Positions 30,833 to 39,549 of a stretch of 48,837 bases of DNA are shown here, piece by piece. This DNA is from Burkholderiales bacterium (GTDB lineage Bacteria; Pseudomonadota; Gammaproteobacteria; Burkholderiales; Burkholderiaceae_D), in NCBI GenBank assembly GCA_043741695.1, contig JAYTZV010000387.1, positions 1-48,837 on the forward strand. Direction: 5' to 3'. Position 1 is the first letter of the stretch. Each line of letters opens with the position of its first letter. The position numbers and the translations under genes were made by a program. Under the pieces are notes generated by a model, which did no database searches, was not told the DNA's origin, and saw only the letters and a program-made list of their open reading frames with translations.

Positions 30833-30875
30833 AACTGTATGTATGAACAGTATTTCAACCTGTGGCTTCCGTCAA
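30833..30875 (-). promoter_or_regulatory. Sigma70 promoter with overlapping LexA (SOS) box
   Basis: -35 TTGACG (30875-30870), 17-bp spacer, -10 TACTGT (30852-30847); SOS box TACTGTTCATACATACAGTT (30852-30833) with a perfect CTGT-N8-ACAG core. Confidence 0.88.
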
Positions 30876-30963
30876 CCTTGCTCTACATCCCGGCGGTTTC
30901 AAAAAATACGACACCGCCTAACCGTACTTATCGCGTTGATGCAGCGAAATTTGCTGCAATCGC

Positions 30964-31028
30964 AAAAAAAAAGCCCACTCCTAAGAGTGGGCTGAAATCC
31001 ATATTCTTGGAGGAGATATGGAGGAGAC
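30964..31028 (-). ncRNA. CU-rich double-hairpin sRNA (Betaproteobacteria 'toxic sRNA'/anti-Shine-Dalgarno type), about 65 nt
   Basis: GUCUCC-UCCAUAU-CUCCUCCAAGA-AUAUGGA-UUUC-AGCCCACUC-UUAG-GAGUGGGCU-U8; -10 TAATAT (31040-31035) ends 6 nt before the predicted +1. Confidence 0.85.
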
Positions 31029-31374
31029 AACCTGATATTAGCATATTTATGGTGCAACGCAACACTTCTCTTGATGCTTCTCCTCGATTTTGACGTGTTG
31101 TCGCTTTTAACCAACGATACTCATCGAGCTCCGCGACATCAAATGACACCACGCTATGTCTTTCACGCCAATTTTCAACGTCGGAAGAAAGACTTTTTCG
31201 ACAATGTAATCACAGCGTCATTCAAATTTTTACTTTTACAGAAAATCAACGCCACCTCGATATCGTCACATTTTTTTAAGGTAATTTTTAGCGGGAAAGT
31301 AAATACGTGGTGTGATGCGGCCAGCCGCGCCGTTACAATCAGGGTTCTGCCTGTTACGTAGATCGCAACCCGTC

Positions 31375-32016
31375 ATGACGCCACTTATCGGCATACTCCA
31401 CCCCGGCTTTTTTTGCCTCGCAGTGCTCCTGCTAAATATGACCCCTGGCCCGGATACCGCGTATATCGTCGGTCGCAGTGTTGCGCAGGGCCGTCTTGCC
31501 GGAATAGTCTCTGCAGCCGGCATTTCTGCGGGATGTTGCCTGCATGCAGTCGCTTCGGCAGTCGGTTTAAGTGCACTGCTTGCGTCTTCGGCTACTGCCT
31601 TCCTCTTCGTCAAACTCGCAGGAGGAATCTATTTAGTCTACCTCGGCTTGCGGATGCTGCTTGCCCGAACGCCAGACAAAAAACCGGATAACCCGGCATT
31701 GGCCGCAAAATCACTTTCCACTATTTTTTGGCAAGCGCTACTGACCAATTTGCTGAATCCGAAAGTCATTTTATTTTTTCTTTCTTTTTTCCCGCAATTC
31801 GTAGCACCGAACGCGCCGCACAAAACACTCACCTTTCTGCTGCTAGGGACAATATTCCTGGTGATGTCAACTTGCTGGAATTGCGGCACCGCCTTCGTCG
31901 CCGGCTCGCTGGCACAGCGTCTGAAAAGTGGCAAACGTTACCAACGCTGGCTCGAACGCGGCATCGGAAGCGTTTTCGCTGTATTAGGAGCGCGACTGGC
32001 ACTGGCAAAAATCTGA
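31375..32016 (+). CDS. LysE/RhtB-family amino-acid exporter
   Basis: NMTPGPDTAY, GLSALL, YLVYLG, TNLLNPKVILFF..FPQF. Confidence 0.92.
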   Translation: MTPLIGILHPGFFCLAVLLLNMTPGPDTAYIVGRSVAQGRLAGIVSAAGISAGCCLHAVASAVGLSALLASSATAFLFVKLAGGIYLVYLGLRMLLARTPDKKPDNPALAAKSLSTIFWQALLTNLLNPKVILFFLSFFPQFVAPNAPHKTLTFLLLGTIFLVMSTCWNCGTAFVAGSLAQRLKSGKRYQRWLERGIGSVFAVLGARLALAKI

Positions 32017-32017
32017 G

Positions 32018-33331
32018 ATGGCGATAACCGAACTGAAATCCGACTCGCTGGCATTCAGCCTGCGCAACGCAGCCCATGCAGTGGCTTTGGTACGTTCCGG
32101 TACCGCTTTACCGCAAGCCTTGACCCGCGTGCACGGCTACACAGAAACGACACCGCAGGCACGCGGCGCAACGCAAGACCTTGCCTATCGGGCGATGCGA
32201 AATTCAGGGTGCAGCGATACCCTAATTAATTTGCTGACAACCCGCGCACCAGAGCCAGCCGCATTGCATGGCCTGCTGAGTTGCGCACTCGCTTTGCTAG
32301 TGCCACCCGAGGTTGGCAGTGTTGCACCGTACGATGCATTTACCGTCGTTGATCAAGCGGTACGTGCTGCCAGTGCCGATCCGGCGATCGCGCACGCCAA
32401 AGGCATGGTGAATGCGGTGCTGCGTCGCTTTTTGCGTGAACAAGATACCTTGCTGGCCGCGGTGATGAAAGAACCGGTGGCCCGCTGGAATTATCCTGCC
32501 TGGTGGATCGATGCGATGCGGCAAGCGCACCCGACACGCTGGCAGCCGGTGCTGGAGGCGGGTAACGCAGCGCCGCCGCTGACGTTGCGTGTCAATCAAC
32601 GGCTCAGTAATCCCGCCAGATATATGGCCTTGCTGGCCGAACACGGCATCGCCGCTCGCCAGGTCGGGCCCAGCGCTATTCGCCTTGCGCGGCCAGTACC
32701 GGTATCGCAGATTCCGGGCTTCGCAGACGGACTGGTGTCGGTGCAAGACGCGGCAGCACAGTTGGCAGCACCGCTGCTGGATGTGCAGGATGGCATGCAA
32801 GTACTGGACGCCTGTGCCGCACCCGGCGGCAAAACCGGCCACTTGCTTGAACTGGCGCAGCTGACTCTGACCGCGCTCGATTCCGACGCGCGACGGCTGA
32901 CGCGCATCGAAGAAAATCTGCAACGACTACAGCTGTCCGCACAGTTAAAAGCCGGCGACGCCACAACCTCCACCTGGTGGAATGGCCAGTTTTTTGACCG
33001 GATTCTGGCAGACGTTCCCTGCACGGCGTCGGGTATCGTGCGCCGCCATCCAGATATCCGATGGTTGCGGCGCAAGGCCGATGCGGCGCAGCTTGCAACA
33101 TTATCCGCACAGATTCTCGACAATCTTTGGCGGATGCTGCGACCCGGTGGTAAATTGCTCTTCGTTACTTGTTCGGTTTGGCCACAGGAATCGGAAGCAC
33201 AAGCGGCCGCCTTTGCGGTACGTAATAACGCGTTGCGCCTCGCGGCTCCCGGGCAATTGCTGCCAACTGCGACGCCCGACGACGACCACGACGGATTGTT
33301 TTATGCACTTTTTCAGAAGCCCGCTGTGTGA
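32018..33331 (+). CDS. rsmB: 16S rRNA m5C967 methyltransferase
   Basis: NusB-like N-terminus (GMVNAVLRRF), VQDAAAQ, DACAAPGGKT, DVPCTASG..RRHPDI, VTCS. Confidence 0.95.
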   Translation: MAITELKSDSLAFSLRNAAHAVALVRSGTALPQALTRVHGYTETTPQARGATQDLAYRAMRNSGCSDTLINLLTTRAPEPAALHGLLSCALALLVPPEVGSVAPYDAFTVVDQAVRAASADPAIAHAKGMVNAVLRRFLREQDTLLAAVMKEPVARWNYPAWWIDAMRQAHPTRWQPVLEAGNAAPPLTLRVNQRLSNPARYMALLAEHGIAARQVGPSAIRLARPVPVSQIPGFADGLVSVQDAAAQLAAPLLDVQDGMQVLDACAAPGGKTGHLLELAQLTLTALDSDARRLTRIEENLQRLQLSAQLKAGDATTSTWWNGQFFDRILADVPCTASGIVRRHPDIRWLRRKADAAQLATLSAQILDNLWRMLRPGGKLLFVTCSVWPQESEAQAAAFAVRNNALRLAAPGQLLPTATPDDDHDGLFYALFQKPAV

Positions 33332-33954
33332 TGGTCAACCCTGAAATGGCGACGTATCGTACGACAGCATGGTTCCGTCATCCGAGGGACCTGCTGCGAA
33401 CCTGTCTGTGCGCGCTGCTTGTCGTACTGGCGAGCACCTTGCTGGTCGGTGCCGCGCAAGCTGCCGAGGGTGTCGAAATCACGCAGGCGCATCTGGAAAG
33501 CACGGACGAGGGCATTAAACTATCCGCCAGTTTTTCTTTCGACCTTAACCATGGCCTGGAAGAGGCGATCAATCACGGCTTGCCGCTATATTTCACTACG
33601 GAAGTCGAACTTCGGCGACCGCGCTGGTACTGGTTCGACGAACAGTCCATCTCATCAGCAGAAACGGTTCGGCTGTCGTACAACGTTTTGACGCGCCAGT
33701 ACCACGCCGCTATTTTAGGGCGACTGCAGCAGAGCTTCAGCTCGCTGGACGATGCCCTGTCACTGATCCGCCGTCCAAGTCGCTGGCTGGTTGCCGACAA
33801 GGGAGCACTCAAAGCCGGTGCAGCGTACACCGTCGCCGTGCGCATGCACCTCGACGTAGCTCAGCTGGCCAAGCCGTTCCAGGTCAATGCCATCAACAAC
33901 AGCGACTGGCGTCTTTCGTCAGACTGGAAAACTTTCGTCTACAAGGCGGAATAG
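33331..33954 (+). CDS. DUF4390 periplasmic protein
   Basis: Signal peptide, GLPLYF..RPRWYWFD, LAKPFQVNA; typical position between rsmB and the NtrY-like kinase. Confidence 0.9.
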   Translation: MVNPEMATYRTTAWFRHPRDLLRTCLCALLVVLASTLLVGAAQAAEGVEITQAHLESTDEGIKLSASFSFDLNHGLEEAINHGLPLYFTTEVELRRPRWYWFDEQSISSAETVRLSYNVLTRQYHAAILGRLQQSFSSLDDALSLIRRPSRWLVADKGALKAGAAYTVAVRMHLDVAQLAKPFQVNAINNSDWRLSSDWKTFVYKAE

Positions 33955-33956
33955 CC

Positions 33957-36254
33957 GTGCAGCGTGCGCTTCGCTATCTGCTCGTGGTCGGCGGCGCCAT
34001 TGTCGCAATCTTGTTGTTTTTGCTCGCCTCGGCGTCCGACAATTCCGCTTCGTTCGATAAACATTACCCTTGGCTATTGGGCCTGAATGCGCTGGTCACG
34101 GTGGCATTGCTGGTGCTGGTGCTACTGCTGCTGACGCGTCTCTGGCGCCGCTACAAACGCGGCTTGTTTGGGTCGCGACTGATGGCGAAACTGGTCTTGC
34201 TGTTTGCAGCCGTCGGCATCTTGCCGGGTGTAGTGATCTATACCGTGTCGGTGCAATTTGTGTCGCGCTCGATCGAATCGTGGTTCGACGTCCGCGTCGA
34301 ATCAGCGCTGGAGTCCGGTCTGAATCTCGGCCGTGCCGCACTCGACGGTTCGCTCGACGAACTCAGCGCCAAGGGCCATAAGATGGCGCTCGAGCTAGCG
34401 GAATTGCCGGACAGTGGCCAGATTCGGCAATTGTCGCGGGCACGCGAACAGATCGATGTACAGGAAGCGATCATCGTCAGCGCGACCGGCCGCGTGATCG
34501 CCACCGATGGTGGTGCGCTGCAAGTTCTGGTGCCTGATCTGCCCACCGCGGCCATGTTGCGGCAGGCGAAGACCTCGCGCGGCTACGCCGGTATAGAGGG
34601 TCAGCCCGAAACAAAAGATGCAGGCAACTCTGGCGTGCAGACCACACCGCCACCGGCGGATGCGATCGATAATTTACGCTTGCGGGTCGTGGTCGCCATC
34701 CCAAGCAGCAGCACGACGCTGTCACTGCAGCCTGAAGGTCGTTTTCTACAGCTGATCCAGCCAGTTCCCAAAACACTCGCCGACAATGCCGAAGCGCTGC
34801 GCGCTGCCTATAGCGAATATCAGGAACGCTCGCTGTCGCGTTCCGGCCTGCGCAAAATTTACCTTGTCACGCTGACCTTGACTTTATTGCTAGCGATTTT
34901 TGCAGCAATCGTCAGTGCATTTTTAATTGCCACCGATCTGGCCGAACCGCTGTTGTTACTGGCTGAAGGCACCAAAGCGGTGGCCGAAGGCGATCTGTCG
35001 CCGCGGCGCATCGTTGCGACCTCAGACGAGCTTGGCACCCTGACCCAGTCATTTAATGCAATGACGCGGCAGCTATTTGACGCGCGTGCGGCGGTGGAGA
35101 TTAACCGCACCGAACTTGAGAACGCCAAAGCTTATCTGGAATCGGTACTGGCCAACATGTCGGCCGGGGTGATGGTACTGGACGATGAATTCCGGCTGGT
35201 TACGTGTAACGAATCGGTGGAACGCATCCTGCAGTATCCGGTCGAACCGTTTCTGAACCAGCAGCTGTCGGCAATCGCTGGACTCGACCGGTTTGCGGAA
35301 GCCATCCAGCACGCGTTTGCGACGCAAAGCGCACGCTCCGCTAGCGGTCGCAGTACGGATCTGAATTTGCACTGGCAGCAGCAAATTGAAATTGCACGGC
35401 AAAACAACGATGCTGACCGCGATGACGACATCACCTTGCTGGCGCGTGGTTCCCGCCTGCCCATTGCGGACGGCACTGGCTACGTGGTTGTGTTCGACAA
35501 TATTTCCGATGTAATTTCGGCGCAACGTTCGATTGCATGGGGTGAGGTAGCGCGCCGCCTCGCGCACGAAATAAAAAATCCACTGACGCCGATTCAGTTG
35601 TCTGCCGAACGGCTACAAATGAAACTCGAACACAAGTTGCTGCCGGCTGATGCTGCCATGCTGTTAAAAAGCACAACCACGATTGTCAATCAGGTTGGTG
35701 CGATGAAACAGATGGTCGATGATTTCCGCGAATATGCAAAAACGCCGCCCGCGGTATTGTCGCCGCTGAATCTGAATGCGCTCGTTGACGAAGTCTTGCA
35801 GCTCTATATGGCCGGCGATGAGCGTGACATCATCCACGTCTTGCTCGCGGCAGATTTGCCGTTGGTAATGGGCGACGCAACGCAGCTCAGGCAGGTGATT
35901 CACAATTTATTGCAGAATGCGCAGGATGCGGTCGCAGAACGCGCACCCGGTGCGCCAGTTGCGCGCATCGACGTCATCACGGAAACGGTACACTATTCGC
36001 AAACGGGTGATGTCAGCGGCAGCGCAGTACAGTTGACAATCACTGATAATGGAACAGGATTTTCACAAAAAATACTCAGCCGGGCTTTCGAACCGTATGT
36101 CACTTCCAAACCGAGGGGAACGGGTTTAGGGTTGCCAATGGTTAAGAAGATTGTCGAAGAGCACGGCGGGCGTATTGATATTCAAAATCGTTCTGATACA
36201 AGTGGTGCCAAAGTGCTAATTTTGCTGTTAAAGTTATGCCCAAGCAGTAACTGA
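33957..36254 (+). CDS. NtrY-like (EsaS/PlrS-type) sensor histidine kinase with HAMP and PAS domains
   Basis: RSIESWFD, AWGEVARRLAHEIKNPLTPIQLSAERL, FEPYVTSKPRGTGLGL; GTG start. Confidence 0.93.
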   Translation: MQRALRYLLVVGGAIVAILLFLLASASDNSASFDKHYPWLLGLNALVTVALLVLVLLLLTRLWRRYKRGLFGSRLMAKLVLLFAAVGILPGVVIYTVSVQFVSRSIESWFDVRVESALESGLNLGRAALDGSLDELSAKGHKMALELAELPDSGQIRQLSRAREQIDVQEAIIVSATGRVIATDGGALQVLVPDLPTAAMLRQAKTSRGYAGIEGQPETKDAGNSGVQTTPPPADAIDNLRLRVVVAIPSSSTTLSLQPEGRFLQLIQPVPKTLADNAEALRAAYSEYQERSLSRSGLRKIYLVTLTLTLLLAIFAAIVSAFLIATDLAEPLLLLAEGTKAVAEGDLSPRRIVATSDELGTLTQSFNAMTRQLFDARAAVEINRTELENAKAYLESVLANMSAGVMVLDDEFRLVTCNESVERILQYPVEPFLNQQLSAIAGLDRFAEAIQHAFATQSARSASGRSTDLNLHWQQQIEIARQNNDADRDDDITLLARGSRLPIADGTGYVVVFDNISDVISAQRSIAWGEVARRLAHEIKNPLTPIQLSAERLQMKLEHKLLPADAAMLLKSTTTIVNQVGAMKQMVDDFREYAKTPPAVLSPLNLNALVDEVLQLYMAGDERDIIHVLLAADLPLVMGDATQLRQVIHNLLQNAQDAVAERAPGAPVARIDVITETVHYSQTGDVSGSAVQLTITDNGTGFSQKILSRAFEPYVTSKPRGTGLGLPMVKKIVEEHGGRIDIQNRSDTSGAKVLILLLKLCPSSN

Positions 36255-36456
36255 AAGTTCCATACTAGTTTGACTGCACGCGTCACATGTTTGCGGCGGG
36301 TGCAACACCAAGAGAAGTATTCGCCTCTGGCAGCACGATGTTGGCTTGCTGTTGCGCCTGCGAACATGTTGACTCTGATCTTGCTTGCATAATCGGATAG
36401 TGGCTCTCGGCTGGCCCTCATGCTAGAGAGAATTGTTGAATTCGGAAAGACCGCAT

Positions 36457-37182
36457 ATGGCAAACATACTGGTAGTCGATGATGAAATGGGAATTCGAGA
36501 GTTACTCTCGGAAATTTTGAGCGACGAGGGTCATGTCATCCTGACCGCGGAAAATGCGCAGCAGGCGCGCGATGCGCGTGCCGCCAGCGTTCCTGATCTT
36601 GTCTTGCTGGATATATGGATGCCCGATACCGACGGCGTCACGTTGCTCAAGGAATGGCAACGAGACGGCCTGTTAACCATGCCGGTGATCATGATGTCTG
36701 GCCATGCCACGATCGACACGGCAGTCGAAGCTACCCGCATCGGTGCGCTAAACTTCCTCGAAAAGCCGATCGCGCTTCAAAAACTTCTTAAAGCAGTGCA
36801 ACAAGGCTTGTCGCGCACAATCGAGCCGACACGCGCTGTGGCTTTTCAAGCCCGCCACATCATCACGCCGGCCGAGCAACCGACACCGATTCACCAACAT
36901 CCGTCATTTCAGCCAAGTGGTCATGCAGCGCATCCGGGTGCGCTCAGCCTCGCATCCAGCGGCGTGAATGAAGAAGCCAACAGCTTCAAACCTTCTTTCG
37001 ATCTCCCGTTGCGCGAAGCGCGTGATGCCTTCGAGCGCGCTTATTTCGAGCATCATCTGGTACGGGAAGGGGGTAGCATGACGCGCGTGGCAGAACGTAC
37101 CGGACTTGAGCGCACGCATTTATATCGCAAGCTCAAGCAACTTGGCGTCGAACCGAGCAAACTCGTGCGCAAGGGCCGATGA
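36457..37182 (+). CDS. NtrX-like (EsaR/PlrR-type) response regulator, REC plus Fis-type HTH, no AAA+ domain
   Basis: ILVVDDE, LLDIWMPD, MSGHATID, LREARDAFERAY, GLERTHLYRKLK. Confidence 0.92.
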   Translation: MANILVVDDEMGIRELLSEILSDEGHVILTAENAQQARDARAASVPDLVLLDIWMPDTDGVTLLKEWQRDGLLTMPVIMMSGHATIDTAVEATRIGALNFLEKPIALQKLLKAVQQGLSRTIEPTRAVAFQARHIITPAEQPTPIHQHPSFQPSGHAAHPGALSLASSGVNEEANSFKPSFDLPLREARDAFERAYFEHHLVREGGSMTRVAERTGLERTHLYRKLKQLGVEPSKLVRKGR

Positions 37183-37550
37183 CGCTAACGCAATTGGTCT
37201 GCGGTAGCAGTGTGCGCGAGCGTGAAGCGGAAATAGCCCGTGTTGCCGCCCTGCTGCCAGCCGGGAAATCCGTTGCCTTCATTCTGGAAGGACTGGCAGA
37301 TGCCAATAGTCAACTACAGCATCTGACCGATAACCCGCAGTATCGCTTCAACCGTATCGCGCCAGGCTGCCCATGCTGCGTCGGCAACCTCGTGATGCGC
37401 GTCACGCTGAACCGATTACTCCGGGCCGCACCAGATCACCTCTTTGTCAGCATTGCCAACAGCGCGCATCGGGAGCAAATGCGGAGCTTTTTGCGCAATG
37501 CGCCCTACGACGATTATCTGATTATGCAAGACGATCTGATCGCGATATAG
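37179..37550 (+). CDS. Small CobW/COG0523-related protein (GCxCC motif, no intact P-loop)
   Basis: IAPGCPCCVGNLVMRVTLNRLLR..PDHLF; ATGA overlap with the regulator stop. Confidence 0.72.
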   Translation: MTLTQLVCGSSVREREAEIARVAALLPAGKSVAFILEGLADANSQLQHLTDNPQYRFNRIAPGCPCCVGNLVMRVTLNRLLRAAPDHLFVSIANSAHREQMRSFLRNAPYDDYLIMQDDLIAI

Positions 37551-37677
37551 CCGCACCCGTACACTTTCGATCAAACCTTGCGTGCCCGCAATCGGCATGA
37601 CTTGAAAATTCTGCCGTGCTCCCCATCTCCTTCAACGAGCGAACGTACTGCACGTTCACCGCAACGGGAGCAAAGTA

Positions 37678-37935
37678 ATGAACCTGATCTATGACAGCGA
37701 GCAATACAGCGTGGTTGAATTCAGTATCGATAACGAACGTGAAGCATTGCATTTTGGTGGATATGAAATCACCGATAAATCCGGTAAGCGCGAAATTTTT
37801 ATTGGCGGCAGCTGGGCGGAAACCTTTCGGCAGCACGTCGAACAACTTGCAGCAGACGGCCCCACCGTCGAGGACATCGATGCTTTTCTGGCGGGCTATG
37901 ATGAGGTGATGCAGCAGCCGGTTGTCGTTCATTGA
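37678..37935 (+). CDS. DUF3567 (BTH_I0359-like) protein
   Basis: MNLIYDSEQYSVVEF, GGYEITDK..REIFI, QQPVVVH; GGAG RBS. Confidence 0.88.
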   Translation: MNLIYDSEQYSVVEFSIDNEREALHFGGYEITDKSGKREIFIGGSWAETFRQHVEQLAADGPTVEDIDAFLAGYDEVMQQPVVVH

Positions 37936-38031
37936 TCGGTATGCGCTGATCGGCATGCGTAATCGCCAGGCTTTGATTGCAAGCTTTGATTGCAAGCTTT
38001 GATTGGACGCTTTTATTAGCATGCTTTGATC
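37933..38031. repeat. Two adjacent short tandem repeats: 14-bp x2 (includes the stop codon) and 13-bp GCTTTGATTGCAA x~5 (decaying)
   Basis: tgatcggtatgcgc tgatcggcatgcgt (37933-37960); gctttgattgcaa gctttgattgcaa gctttgattggac gcttttattagcat gctttgatc (37970-38031). Confidence 0.88.
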
Positions 38032-38084
38032 AGACTGCACACGTCTGCACTTCTCGCAAAATCCGTCACCACCAAGGAGAAACC

Positions 38085-38486
38085 ATGAGTTTATTCGACC
38101 AGTTGGCAGGGCAACTCGGCGCAGGCAGCACAGGGCAGCAACAGGGTACCCTGATGAACGCGGTATCGGGCTTGATTGCAGCAAACGGCGGTGTCGACGG
38201 CTTGCTGCAAAAATTCAAGGACAGCGGCATGCAAGACCATGTCGCATCCTGGATCGGCACCGGCGAAAATCGTGCAATTAACGGTACTGACGTCAACAAT
38301 GCGCTCGGTGAGGATGCGGTACAAAAAGTGGCGCAGGAGGCCGGCATTGCACCGGAACACGCCGCCTCCGGTCTCGCACAATTGCTGCCGCAGATGATCA
38401 ATCAGCTCAGCCCAAATGGGGCGCTGCCGCAGGGAGACTTGCTGGCGCAGGGGTTGGGCATGCTGAAAGGCAAATTGTTCGGTTGA
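38085..38486 (+). CDS. YidB/DUF937-family protein
   Basis: GGVDGLLQKF, VASWIGTGEN, LAQLLPQMINQLSPNG; AAGGAG RBS. Confidence 0.9.
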   Translation: MSLFDQLAGQLGAGSTGQQQGTLMNAVSGLIAANGGVDGLLQKFKDSGMQDHVASWIGTGENRAINGTDVNNALGEDAVQKVAQEAGIAPEHAASGLAQLLPQMINQLSPNGALPQGDLLAQGLGMLKGKLFG

Positions 38487-38522
38487 CTTGGCGGACTCAG
38501 CCAAACTACAAAGCCAGCCGCC

Positions 38523-39407
38523 TCAGCTACCTTTTTTTGCAAGATAAATTCCCCACAAAAGCAAAACGCCACCGCCGAGTTGCAGCGGCCCGACCGTTTC
38601 GTGAAATAGAATCCAGGCGGCGATCGTGGCGGTAAGCGGCTGAATCAACAAGCTCACCGATGATAGCGACGCAGATAAATGCGCTGAAGCGTACGCAATC
38701 ACGGTCTGCCCGCCGATCTGCGCGACCAATGCCAGCGCCAGCAGCGGCCACCAAGCCAACACGCCTGACGGCCAAAATGCGCCGGGGGACGCGATCGCCA
38801 AAGGCAGCAAAAATAGGCCAGTGATTGTGGTACTCCACGCCATCAACCGTGCGGTCGAATAGCGTTCCCGAGCGTCTTTGATGATCAGCTGATAGGCACC
38901 ATAAAACACCGCGCTAAAAAGCCCGAGTCCGTCCCCGAGCAGCTTGTTGCCATCTGGCGATGTGTCGGCGCGGCCGGTACCGACCAGCAATATTGCACCC
39001 ACCAGTGCAATGATCATTCCAATCAAAAACATCCTCTGAAATCGCATCCGGTAGGCAATCCATAACCACAACGCGATAAAGATCGGCGCAAAGTTTGATA
39101 GCAAAGTGGCATTCGACACGGTGGTGAAGTGCAGCGATAGATGCCAGATCGCCATGTCACCCGCAAAAAAGAATCCGCACCAGATCAGCGCCGGAGAAAA
39201 AGCGATCGCCTTATCACCATCGACATCGTGCTGCTGCGTCGTCAATGCCCACGCCCACAATACCGGCGCTGCCAACGCCATACGCCAAAATGCCGATGCA
39301 AGTGGATTGACATCCGAAAGACGCATGAAGATGCCGGCAAAGCCAATCGCAACACCACCGGTCAAGAGCGCGATAAACGCAAGAAAAGGAAAGGTTTTGG
39401 TCGACAC
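38523..39407 (-). CDS. DMT/EamA-family transporter
   Basis: About 10 TMs, TTVSNATLLSNFAPIF, LIQPL..AWILFHE; start uncertain (GTG 39407 chosen). Confidence 0.88.
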   Translation of the reverse strand: MSTKTFPFLAFIALLTGGVAIGFAGIFMRLSDVNPLASAFWRMALAAPVLWAWALTTQQHDVDGDKAIAFSPALIWCGFFFAGDMAIWHLSLHFTTVSNATLLSNFAPIFIALWLWIAYRMRFQRMFLIGMIIALVGAILLVGTGRADTSPDGNKLLGDGLGLFSAVFYGAYQLIIKDARERYSTARLMAWSTTITGLFLLPLAIASPGAFWPSGVLAWWPLLALALVAQIGGQTVIAYASAHLSASLSSVSLLIQPLTATIAAWILFHETVGPLQLGGGVLLLWGIYLAKKGS

Positions 39408-39549
39408 GTTAAGGACAGAGTCAAAATAAAAACGGGTTGAACAAGGCAAGGACACGAAAGTACTTTGCGGTAGCGAATTATGACGTAGCGCTTGTCGATC
39501 ATTGCTGCCGTTGCATGATTCGACGCAGGGCGACGGCTATACTGCCGGC

